Assembly (NCBI GenBank): GCA_963664325.2
Contig: CAXXDQ010000004.1
Location: forward strand, 480,001 to 544,000
Direction: 5' to 3'
DNA: 64,000 nucleotides
Origin: Desulfomonilia bacterium
GTDB taxonomy: Bacteria > Desulfobacterota > Desulfomonilia > UBA1062
Shown here: piece by piece, positions 20,088-29,030 of the stretch
Layout of the letters: each line of letters begins with the position of its first letter
Numbering within the stretch: position 1 is the stretch's first letter
Program-made: the position numbers and the translations under genes
Notes under the pieces: model-generated
Databases searched by the model: none
Seen by the model: only the letters and a program-made list of their open reading frames with translations
Told to the model about the DNA's origin: nothing

Positions 20088-20447
20088 GTGAGCAGGGATG
20101 ATAGGTCTGTTACGGTTTATTCAAGCGGGAGAGGCCGGATCTGCCCGGGCTGCGGTCAGCCTGTCGGCAGTTGCAATTGCAAGAAGCAGGTGGTTTTACC
20201 GAAGAGTGACGGCACGGTGCGGGTATGCCGCTCAACAAAAGGCCGCGGCGGCAAATGCGTGAGCCTTGTCACCGGCTTGCAGATGGAAACGGATGAACTG
20301 AACAAACTTGCCAGGCACCTCAAGCAAAAATGCGGTTCCGGCGGCACTGTAAAAGATTTCGCTATCGAGATTCAGGGCGATCATCGCGAACTTATCGTAA
20401 AAGAGCTTGCCGCACTCGGCCATAAGGCCAGGCTTGCAGGCGGCTGA
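20088..20447 (+). CDS. yciH: Translation initiation factor SUI1 family
   Basis: KGRGGK.V.LV.GL...LK.KCG.GGTVK...IEIQGDHR. Confidence 0.95.
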   Translation: MSRDDRSVTVYSSGRGRICPGCGQPVGSCNCKKQVVLPKSDGTVRVCRSTKGRGGKCVSLVTGLQMETDELNKLARHLKQKCGSGGTVKDFAIEIQGDHRELIVKELAALGHKARLAGG

Positions 20448-20564
20448 GTGCGGATATCGATAACTGCCGAGTCCTTGCCGGAAAAAAGTTTTGTGTGGAT
20501 TCGGGCAGGGCTAGAAGGTTTTATGATTTACATGAAAGCCGTCCTGTCATAACTTGTCCCAACC

Positions 20565-21029
20565 ATGACGAATAACGATATCCTGCGGCGCATCCGGTAT
20601 GCATTTGACTTTAACGATCAGGTAATGTCTGCGATCTTCGGCCTGGCCGGTTATCAGGCAGGCCGGGAGCAGGTCGTGGGCTGGCTCAAGACAACAGATG
20701 ATAGCGCATATCAGGACCTCACCGACAAAGAGCTCGCGATTTTCCTGAATGGTTTCATCAATTACAGGCGCGGTAAAAAAGAAGGCCCGCAGCCCGAACC
20801 CGAAGAGCGGCTTAACAACAACATCATTTTTAGAAAACTGAAGATCGCCTTGAACCTGCAGGCGGAAGAGATAATCGAGATCATGAACCTTACCGGTATA
20901 TCCATGAGCAAGCATGAACTGAGCGCGTTTTTCCGCAAACCCGACCATAAGCATTACCGGGAGTGTAAAGACCAGATTCTGCGCAACTTCTTGAAAGGCA
21001 TCCAGCTTAAATATCGTGCAGGCAATTGA
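20565..21029 (+). CDS. DUF1456/YehS family protein
   Basis: MTNNDILRR.RY...LNNN.I.RKLKIAL...S.HELSAFFRK..HKHYR.C.DQ.LRNFL.G. Confidence 0.9.
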   Translation: MTNNDILRRIRYAFDFNDQVMSAIFGLAGYQAGREQVVGWLKTTDDSAYQDLTDKELAIFLNGFINYRRGKKEGPQPEPEERLNNNIIFRKLKIALNLQAEEIIEIMNLTGISMSKHELSAFFRKPDHKHYRECKDQILRNFLKGIQLKYRAGN

Positions 21030-21110
21030 TTAGTGTCTTTAAGTAACCGGCAAGCTGTTAAACCTGATAAGCCTGATAACGCTGATAAATAAAATTTCAA
21101 AATAAGTTGT

Positions 21111-24008
21111 TCAAGAGTGAACGTCCCAAGAGTCCCCGCCTTTTTGTGTTCCCTTATATAAAAAATTAGGAAATGGTGAATAAAAACCTTCTCCCACTAC
21201 ATCGATGTTTGTAACAGGCATATTGTGTTCTATCCCCCATCCAAGAATTGTAAGAATTCCGTTAGTCGCACGAGCAGCTTCAACTGCTCTCGATTCTTGG
21301 TTCAACATAATTATAAGTTTCAGTGGTATCCCGTAGATTTTATGGAGACGTATAATAGTTTCCCAGAATCGGCAAAGCTCACGGAAACTTGTCTGATCAA
21401 GCTCAAGAGCAGGATCGTCCATGATGATGCATGGATGATGAAAACGGCCATATGTCAGATACCGGGTGAAAAACCATGCGAGACCTAGCAAATGCATTTC
21501 GGAATGATTAAGAATGTAGCGCGCCAGCCTTCCGTTAACTTGTATGGAAGACGATTTTTCTCCCTTTTTTATCTCAGCTTTGATGCCTGGTTTGTCTGGA
21601 TAAATCCATGGGGCGGACGTCATATAAAAAGCAATTTCATACCAGAGTTTTTCAAGAGTATTGGGTAAATGATCCTGAACGATTGATCCAAGAGTCTTTT
21701 TCAATCTGTCCTTCACTGGCTTCCAATTGTCCGGGGATTCGAAGGTCCTTTCCGCTTCAGTGAATGTATCTATGATTTTCTGAGTAACGAGATCTGCTTC
21801 AGATTCTGCCTGTGCTTTATTGGGAATTGAAGGAATCCGGCATACTCTTTTTATATCATCTAATAATATTTCTCGTTGTTCTTTTATTCCGATCCAGTCT
21901 GCAATCGAGGTATTTGATGGAACAAACCATTGAAATGCTACAGTCAGGCGTGTCTGATCTTCATTATTCAAAGGGCATTGCAATTGTCCCGATAAACTCA
22001 TTTCTTTTTGGATACTTTCAATATCGGATTTGAGTTGAGAATATTCGCCTAATTTTTTATCGCGCTCTGCTTCTGTTTTTGCTTTGAGGGATTGCACGAC
22101 TTTTAATATCCCCCCATGTTCCTCATGTCTTGCCCCACAAGTTGGACAATCGTCAGGATGGCTTTTTGACCAGGTTTCCCGGATAAAGGCATCGACTTGA
22201 GTCAGGTGATCATAGTGCGTGCGTATGTTACGGCCTTCTTCTAAAATCCTTGCTTGTTCCTTTTGTAATGAACTCAATCGTTCGGAAAATGTTTTATTTT
22301 CAGCCTGGGCGGAATTTGCTGGGGCCTGTTTTCTTTTTTCAAGCCATTCACCCCATATTGTTAACTGGGAAATCGAGTTATCGATTTCTTTGCGTACAGG
22401 TTCGATGATTATTTCAGCATTCTTAACGAGTTCTTTTGATCTTAATACCAAGTCATTATAAAGATTTAGATAACTGGTAATGTTATTTATCATGCGATCT
22501 TTATCAGGATACGCATATGCGATTGACTTTGCAATATCGCCCCGGTTTTCATTGTCTCCCCATGTATGCCAAGATGCTGATAAATTGCTTTGTCTGATTT
22601 CGCCTATCGATTTTTCAGCCGTTTCCAGCCATGAAACAAACACATCCGGAAAAACAGGCAGGGATTTGTCGATCTCTTTTTTTACTATCCTTTCATATGC
22701 GGTGTCGATTTTTGTAATTGCAGAACTCAGGTCGTTTTCTTTCAGAAAATCCTGTCGTTTCTTGTTTGCCTGTATCATGCGGCTATCCGTGAATTCTTCA
22801 ACATGCTCAGCCAGGCCTGAATATCCAAGCAGAATACGCGCACCAAGTTCGGATGAAGACATGTTGGTAAATTCAAGGCTTGCAACCTGGGTGAGAATTG
22901 TACCGGACATCTCCAAGTTGGCTTTTGCAGCCGTTTCTGCTTTATCGACCGGACGGATTGCTTCAAGAGGCTGTCCATTCAAAGAAACTTCCGGCGTTGA
23001 ACCGACTTTTAACGGAGACAAGTATTTGATGTATTCCTTGTCTCGATTTACTGCGGAGATATCTTTTTCAAACGTTTTATCCGAGAACATCCTGTAACGA
23101 TATGACGATCCGAACAATGCAAAAGACATGGCTTCGCATATGCTGCTTTTGCCGGTCCCGTTCGGGCCGTGAATGATGCTGACTGCAACCGGTTTGGAAT
23201 TAAAATTGAGATGAATATCACTAATATTCCGGAAACTTTTAATACGTATATCATTGATCCCGTATGTTTTGTTTGGTCTGTTTTCTTCCTTATTCATGAA
23301 TTCTTTTGAAGGGTTGTATTTATGCATGGACTGAATCACTTCTCTGGCGTAATCCTGCTGCTCTGGCTTGGAAAATCCCTTTTCGAAGTTTGTCATGGCT
23401 GTCTTAACCTTGTCATCCGCGCTCATCCATGTCTCAATCTCTTCTATTTTCTTTTTTTTGAGTATGCTGCGTACAGTCAATAAAAGATGCGGAAAATCCA
23501 TTTCCGAAAATCTGGGGGCACTTGAATCGTCAATGAAGGTCACATCAAACGAAAGCTCTTCGGAAAAACCGGTTTCGCTCCGTATTGATACAATTCCATC
23601 AATCCAAGTTTTTTGATCCGGTTCATTGACAAGCCAGTGAAGAATGATTCTCCATGAACCATTTTTGTCGCAATCTCCGGTTGGAGAACCGATATAATTT
23701 CTTTCCGCTGTTAACTGTGATCTGATTCCCAGAGCGCGTTTTATTTGTTTACGGGTTTTAGTTTTTTTATCAAACGAAAGCAGATAATAGAGGATTCCGA
23801 TTTCCGGATCAATTATCAATACTGCCGGATTGACATCCGATCCTTCAGGAACGCTGGTGAGATCTTCTTCGGAGACATCCATCCATTGAGGTGCATTCAT
23901 GCCGGAAGAGTCTGTGCGAATTGCAGCCAATTCAATTTCCAGGTTTTTACGATAGAGTTCGGTTATGGCTTCCTTGCAGGTACGGAGTATATCTTTGTTC
24001 TGAATCAT
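21111..24008 (-). CDS. Rad50/SbcC-like ABC ATPase with ~245-aa N-terminal extension (LmuB-like)
   Basis: Walker A GPNGTGKS, coiled coils, CPTCG zinc hook, degenerate signature LNHSE, Walker B/D-loop IIMDDP. Confidence 0.85.
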   Translation of the reverse strand: MIQNKDILRTCKEAITELYRKNLEIELAAIRTDSSGMNAPQWMDVSEEDLTSVPEGSDVNPAVLIIDPEIGILYYLLSFDKKTKTRKQIKRALGIRSQLTAERNYIGSPTGDCDKNGSWRIILHWLVNEPDQKTWIDGIVSIRSETGFSEELSFDVTFIDDSSAPRFSEMDFPHLLLTVRSILKKKKIEEIETWMSADDKVKTAMTNFEKGFSKPEQQDYAREVIQSMHKYNPSKEFMNKEENRPNKTYGINDIRIKSFRNISDIHLNFNSKPVAVSIIHGPNGTGKSSICEAMSFALFGSSYRYRMFSDKTFEKDISAVNRDKEYIKYLSPLKVGSTPEVSLNGQPLEAIRPVDKAETAAKANLEMSGTILTQVASLEFTNMSSSELGARILLGYSGLAEHVEEFTDSRMIQANKKRQDFLKENDLSSAITKIDTAYERIVKKEIDKSLPVFPDVFVSWLETAEKSIGEIRQSNLSASWHTWGDNENRGDIAKSIAYAYPDKDRMINNITSYLNLYNDLVLRSKELVKNAEIIIEPVRKEIDNSISQLTIWGEWLEKRKQAPANSAQAENKTFSERLSSLQKEQARILEEGRNIRTHYDHLTQVDAFIRETWSKSHPDDCPTCGARHEEHGGILKVVQSLKAKTEAERDKKLGEYSQLKSDIESIQKEMSLSGQLQCPLNNEDQTRLTVAFQWFVPSNTSIADWIGIKEQREILLDDIKRVCRIPSIPNKAQAESEADLVTQKIIDTFTEAERTFESPDNWKPVKDRLKKTLGSIVQDHLPNTLEKLWYEIAFYMTSAPWIYPDKPGIKAEIKKGEKSSSIQVNGRLARYILNHSEMHLLGLAWFFTRYLTYGRFHHPCIIMDDPALELDQTSFRELCRFWETIIRLHKIYGIPLKLIIMLNQESRAVEAARATNGILTILGWGIEHNMPVTNIDVVGEGFYSPFPNFLYKGTQKGGDSWDVHS

Positions 24009-25645
24009 AAATCCCCCAACGTTATTTCATTTATATCACTTCCTTTAGCGAAACGCGGTAAAGAAATCTCTCGTGCAACGATTTCCTTGAGTTCATTTTT
24101 TGTGTTATTGTCTATATTACCGGATGAATCCGGAGTAAGGAATAAAACTGATAATTTATCAAATTTCCCTGCACCGGATGTTTTGATGGAGTCAATCAGC
24201 GGCCTCAATCCCTGAAGGTCGTTTGGTTTATCACCCCATGCTGGAACAGGAATGACAAGGTGAGTATTCTGATACAAACCTCCGGGAAATGTTTTATAGT
24301 CCCATTTATCTCCATGGCTTGAATTAATAAGACCAGCTAGAAGTCGCGCTGCTGCTTTCAGCTCAGGACGACTGATGCTGCGAATTGTCCATGGAATATG
24401 TTCATCTCTACTTTCAAGATGAATATCATCAATTGATATGGTTTCACAGCTATCGCCTCTAATGCATTCGACTAGGCCACATCTCCAGCACAAACGAACC
24501 CATACCGGAAGTAAATTGTCTGCCCATTGGATAACGAAAGGCTGATCATCAGGTGGATTTTCAATTCGAGAGCGAATGTCTTGTATTGCCGGTTTGTCAC
24601 TATCATTCGCCCATAAATCTAGGCAATCAACAGCATAAAGAGACTGAAGCCAAAGGAATAAAACGTCTGTATCCAAGTTTGCCTGATTTACATCAATATG
24701 AACGTTGTTTTTTCCCTTGCCATAAAAACCGGCAAGACGTGTATGACCTTCACTGTTGAAAGTTACATCTATTATGCTTAATTCATCATCAGGCAAGGAG
24801 TGTCGATCTGTTAAATTTGGGCAAATATTTGTTTGCATATAATCAAGAAGATATTGTTCCGATACTTTCCATCCGGCAATCACAAACGGATGGCTGCTCA
24901 GTTTTTCACAAAGCGAAGCAAAAATGAATTGTTGAGTTCCTGTATTAAATGTTGTCGTGTCTAAACTATTTAATTCTGTTTCGGTAATGAGAAACCTTTT
25001 TGAAGATGTCAGGGCTTCAGCATAATGCCCGCTTTTTTCATATTCTTCAGCTTTTTCCAAAGCATTTACGCAACCGTGTGGTTTTATTACTTTCACACTA
25101 GCGGTTTCTCCCATGCCGGCACAGTCTTGGGCTGTAATAAATGTGCGAAAGACGGTAGGCCATGGGAGCATTTCATCAGTCCCGTCATGTTTGATCCCTA
25201 CGTTTTCCAAAGCACTTTCCTGGATACAGTCCCAGTTCAAAGACCATATCTGCTCCCACAGGCTTTCACGCGCAAATCTCGCAATAACCCGGTGTCTTGG
25301 CGTATTCCTCGCAGGAGAAACACAGCCATGCCAACAAGTATCGGTAGTGATATTCAACGACTTCGCCAATTCCAATTTAGGATTGCGGCTACCGTTTGTT
25401 GAAAGATGATTATAAACCTCGTCAGCCCACTTATATAGATAATCCCATGGCAATGGCGGTGTGCTTGACAAAGATGCATTAAATCTGAGTACAATTTCCG
25501 CATTCGTGCGTTTTTGCTCTAGAAGGCTTGGTGGGCTCGGAATAAGGCCATATGACATACCCGCACCAATTAATAAAACTGATTTTCGATGTTCGCGATT
25601 TCCAATACCACGTAGCATTGGAAAGTTATGTGGGATAACTGGCAT
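24005..25645 (-). CDS. SIR2-like domain protein (putative NADase defence effector)
   Basis: LLIGAGMS, WSLNWD..ESAL, VIKPHG, VIAGW motifs; 4-bp ATGA overlap with the ATPase. Confidence 0.8.
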   Translation of the reverse strand: MPVIPHNFPMLRGIGNREHRKSVLLIGAGMSYGLIPSPPSLLEQKRTNAEIVLRFNASLSSTPPLPWDYLYKWADEVYNHLSTNGSRNPKLELAKSLNITTDTCWHGCVSPARNTPRHRVIARFARESLWEQIWSLNWDCIQESALENVGIKHDGTDEMLPWPTVFRTFITAQDCAGMGETASVKVIKPHGCVNALEKAEEYEKSGHYAEALTSSKRFLITETELNSLDTTTFNTGTQQFIFASLCEKLSSHPFVIAGWKVSEQYLLDYMQTNICPNLTDRHSLPDDELSIIDVTFNSEGHTRLAGFYGKGKNNVHIDVNQANLDTDVLFLWLQSLYAVDCLDLWANDSDKPAIQDIRSRIENPPDDQPFVIQWADNLLPVWVRLCWRCGLVECIRGDSCETISIDDIHLESRDEHIPWTIRSISRPELKAAARLLAGLINSSHGDKWDYKTFPGGLYQNTHLVIPVPAWGDKPNDLQGLRPLIDSIKTSGAGKFDKLSVLFLTPDSSGNIDNNTKNELKEIVAREISLPRFAKGSDINEITLGDL

Positions 25646-25831
25646 GATAATTAAACCCCAAAAATATAATATATCAATTTATATATTAAAATGCATAATT
25701 ATAGCAGAATGTCAAAAATTAAATACTTACGATCCTTTGTATGACAGATGATTTAGAAAGATTCATTCTTGAAAAATATTAACCTTGATGTTGATTCGCC
25801 ATATAAACTCAAAATTAAAATAATCATATGA

Positions 25832-25886
25832 ACATAACGATCTGAGTCATGGCAGGCGGAATCATCCACCTGCCGTGCTGTTCTCC
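25832..25886 (-). mobile_element. attC-like hairpin upstream of the SIR2 module
   Basis: CACGGCAGGTGGA/TCCGCCTGCCATG stem then GACTCAGATC-GTTATGT (R'-like); R'' poor. Confidence 0.4.
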
Positions 25887-25888
25887 GA

Positions 25889-26190
25889 TCATTCCATATA
25901 CGGATCGACGAAGGAGATATCGGCCGACTGGTCGGAGAGGTTCTCTTTGGTAAACGGCTTCATAATGTATTTATCGGCGAATGCTGCTAGGAACCGGTTC
26001 ATGCCGAACCACGTGTCAGCGAGCTGCTCCTTTTTCATATCCAGTATGCTGCGATAATAGTCGAGGGCTTTTTCGCGCTCTCCCATCAGGTCGCATGCCA
26101 TGCCCGCAATGAGGCGGCTGTGGCCGAGTTCGCAGAACGACTGCTTTTTCTTAAGAAACTTTTCGATTTCCGTGTGAGCCAGGGATGCTG
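25889..26190 (-). pseudogene. C-terminal fragment of a TPR protein
   Basis: G.A.DLMG.REKA..YY TPR-like motif; frame open upstream of the listed Met with no RBS; abuts the GH gene. Confidence 0.5.
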
Positions 26191-26208
26191 ATTCTATAAA
26201 AACTTATT

Positions 26209-27759
26209 TCAGTCTGTTCCGGTCACTCCGCCGGTCGGGGCTGGCAGGGATACGATGACCGCCGCGTGCGCAGGCACGTTTACGGTCACGCCGCCGGCGT
26301 CGGTTGTTGCCGTGCCATCGGACCAGTTTGGCGCGCCAATGCCGAATGTGTAGGCTTTAAGGGGATCAAGTGCATTGAGGGTCCGCACGGCTGCCTTGGC
26401 GCCGGCATTCGCCCCTGCGCTGCATGTAAGGCGCACCCGCAGGCTGCGGCCGGGCGAGCGGTTGATAAGTATCGTGCGCACTACGCTGTCACTGCCGCAG
26501 GCGAAAGCGCCTAAGAGCGGCATCGCGGTCTGCGCCGGCTTGGCTCCGAAGGCCGGGACGTTGACTGTCGGAGAGGAGACCTGCATTGCCAGGCGGCGGC
26601 CGGTCATGGCTTGGCCGAGGCCGGTAAGCGCATTGCCGCTTGGGCGCATCGTGCCGTCGCTGTACATCGCGCCGAACAGCCAGTTGCCGATCAGCGACCA
26701 GTGCTCGGCGCTGTCCACGTCGTCGCGCGCGGCCAGGGTGCAGATAAGGTCGGTGGTGTAGACCGCAGCGGCCAGTGAGCAGGTAACTCCATCGCTGCGC
26801 GGTATCGGGTTCCATGTGCCGTAAACGGTCATCAGTGCGTTATGCTCGGTCATGGCAAAGGGCGCGTTGATGTCAGCTGCGGTGAGCTGGGCGCGAATCG
26901 CGTCGAGGTCGGCAGCCACGGCCGGTGCTCCGGCGAGGGTGGCGCGCAGCATGTCGGCGTCGGTGGCCTTGACGAAGGTATAGTTGAACGGCAGGTAGGC
27001 GTCGTGCACAGCGACAAAGTCGACCCGCTGGTTGAGACCCGCCAGCACGTCTGCGTTCCAGGTCTGCCGGCCGGCGGGAAGGAGTGCTGCGTCAAGCGGG
27101 CCGAGCAGGGGAAGGCCTACCCGGACACGCGGATCTGCCGCAATCAAGGCCGCGGCGTGGGCGTTATAGGCGGCAGCATACTCTTCAGCTGTCATGTCCC
27201 ATTCAGGATGAAGGCTGTTCTGGTAATAGGGCTCGTTGCCGACCTCCCAGTCGCGGGCAATAAGGCTCCCGCCGGGCGGATTGTTCACGTATGACACCCA
27301 GGCGGCCGAATCTTCCGGCGTGCCGTTCACCACGTTGAGGGTGAACATCGGCGCGGCGCCGGTTTGGGCGCACAGGTCGAGGAACTCGTTGGTGCCGAAA
27401 TAGACCGTCTGCATCGCGCCGGTGAATACATGCATGCATTCGCCGCGGACATCTCCCACGCCCTGGCGCCAGTCATAGGCGTCGGCCTGCCCGCCGCCGG
27501 GATAGCGCAGCACCGTAGGGGCGAGTGTTACAGCTTGAGCCAGGGGAACGGCGGCGAAGCCGGTCGAACCGGGCTGGAGGATGCCGTCACCGGAGTCGGT
27601 CCACTGCATGTTGCTGCCAAGGACTCGGCGGTTCACTTCAGGGGCCGCCTGAACGCCGACTGCGGAATTGTCTATGGTAACTGTAGCATCGGGCGCACAC
27701 CCTGCAATGAACAGGAGTATGAGCATGACGAGGCCAAGTTTAAAATGAGTATACATCAT
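26209..27759 (-). CDS. Glycoside hydrolase lipoprotein, GH51/GH79-like (clan GH-A)
   Basis: LRYPGG..AD.YDW, FGT.EF, WEVGNEP acid/base, AMTEHN nucleophile; lipobox IAGC. Confidence 0.8.
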   Translation of the reverse strand: MMYTHFKLGLVMLILLFIAGCAPDATVTIDNSAVGVQAAPEVNRRVLGSNMQWTDSGDGILQPGSTGFAAVPLAQAVTLAPTVLRYPGGGQADAYDWRQGVGDVRGECMHVFTGAMQTVYFGTNEFLDLCAQTGAAPMFTLNVVNGTPEDSAAWVSYVNNPPGGSLIARDWEVGNEPYYQNSLHPEWDMTAEEYAAAYNAHAAALIAADPRVRVGLPLLGPLDAALLPAGRQTWNADVLAGLNQRVDFVAVHDAYLPFNYTFVKATDADMLRATLAGAPAVAADLDAIRAQLTAADINAPFAMTEHNALMTVYGTWNPIPRSDGVTCSLAAAVYTTDLICTLAARDDVDSAEHWSLIGNWLFGAMYSDGTMRPSGNALTGLGQAMTGRRLAMQVSSPTVNVPAFGAKPAQTAMPLLGAFACGSDSVVRTILINRSPGRSLRVRLTCSAGANAGAKAAVRTLNALDPLKAYTFGIGAPNWSDGTATTDAGGVTVNVPAHAAVIVSLPAPTGGVTGTD

Positions 27760-27807
27760 AAAAACATTATAACGAAATAAACGGCAAGGGCAACAGCCGG
27801 GAAGCCC

Positions 27808-27870
27808 AAGGCGTCAGGCCTTTTTTCTGACAATAAAGGCCAATTGTCCCGAATCAAGGCCTGGCGCGGT
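27808..27870. repeat. REP-like palindromic element, family B
   Basis: AAGGCGTCAGGCCTTTT...AAGGCCTGGCGC. Confidence 0.7.
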
Positions 27871-27874
27871 ATTT

Positions 27875-28717
27875 TTAAAAAGAGAAGTTGACGCCGACGA
27901 CAGGTCCCTGTTCGACCAGGTTAAGTTTGAAATCCTGCCTGTTGTGGTAGACGTTCACCACCCTGTATCCCGCCGCAGCTGAAAACATCTTGTTGAATTT
28001 GTAATACAGCAGGGGCACGATTTCCCAGTCAAAATCCCTGTCGCCGAAGCCGATATCGGCCGTTATGCCCAGCTCGAGGCTCTTTGTGAGGGGGGCTTTG
28101 ATTTCACCGCCTATCGTTCCCAGGACCCATTTGTCTCTTTCGGTATCGGAATAATGGTACGGGATGTTGTATGGGGGAGGAAGATTGATTGCCTGGGCAT
28201 CCGCTTCCATATCAAGCTTGGTGTTGAAGTATCTGACGCCCGCGAAGACCGCCCACGGGAAATTTTCATTGAATCTTTTACCGATCACGAACGTGTCCAT
28301 GCTCGTTTTTATATCGGCGGTGCCGGAGATTGTCACATCGACAGGCACCGGAAGAGGGGGCGAACTGACCGCAACGGTATCGGTGGCGTCGGGTTTTACA
28401 TTAAGATAAACGATATCGGCAAGGAAATACCAGTCGTTATAGCTGACCGAAATGTTTCCCGTGGCGCACATTTTAATGTCCTTCAGTATATCGCTTAAGG
28501 AATAATCGACATCGACATCGGCATAAGGAGTTTCCAGGGAACTGGCGAGACTGGCTCCCCAGAAATAAAGGCTTACATCAACGCCGAAAGGCGCTTTCTT
28601 CTGATCCTGGTTTTGGCTCTTGTCACCGGTTTCGTTCGCGGCAATGACAGCCGCCGGTGATAAAAGAGACATTATCAACAATAACATGATCAGTCTGACA
28701 CCATGCCCTGTTTTCAT
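27875..28717 (-). CDS. Outer-membrane beta-barrel protein
   Basis: Signal peptide, amphipathic strands, AGYR, GP.VG..F.F C-terminal Phe. Confidence 0.8.
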   Translation of the reverse strand: MKTGHGVRLIMLLLIMSLLSPAAVIAANETGDKSQNQDQKKAPFGVDVSLYFWGASLASSLETPYADVDVDYSLSDILKDIKMCATGNISVSYNDWYFLADIVYLNVKPDATDTVAVSSPPLPVPVDVTISGTADIKTSMDTFVIGKRFNENFPWAVFAGVRYFNTKLDMEADAQAINLPPPYNIPYHYSDTERDKWVLGTIGGEIKAPLTKSLELGITADIGFGDRDFDWEIVPLLYYKFNKMFSAAAGYRVVNVYHNRQDFKLNLVEQGPVVGVNFSF

Positions 28718-28952
28718 CTTAAGTCTCCTTAAAAAAATTTATTGCAAAGCACTGCTGGCATGGGATGCATCCGGCCGCATCCTGGCTATAATAACAGATG
28801 TGTGGCCGATTATGTCCGTATCCCGATTCATCGACACCTTGCATTTCACCAGCCGGAAATCTTATGGACGGGCATTTGCAACAAAAAAAATATCACTCGA
28901 AAAACATTTGTTTGTCCAGACAAAACTGAAAACGAAGAAGGAAAGGCTCCAT

Positions 28953-28992
28953 GAAGCCCAAGGCGTCAGTCCTTAAAGTATCCCCTGACGTC
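28953..28992. repeat. Shortened family B element
   Basis: GAAGCCCAAGGCGTCAG identical to 27801-27817; CTGACG arm. Confidence 0.6.
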
Positions 28993-29030
28993 CGGCTTCA
29001 GAAGTCTTTCCCTCAATCTTAAAACTTATT

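Noticed and set aside
21063-21090. CTGATAA repeated three times downstream of the ATPase
   Set aside because: Too short and degenerate to assign; does not form an attC or an array.
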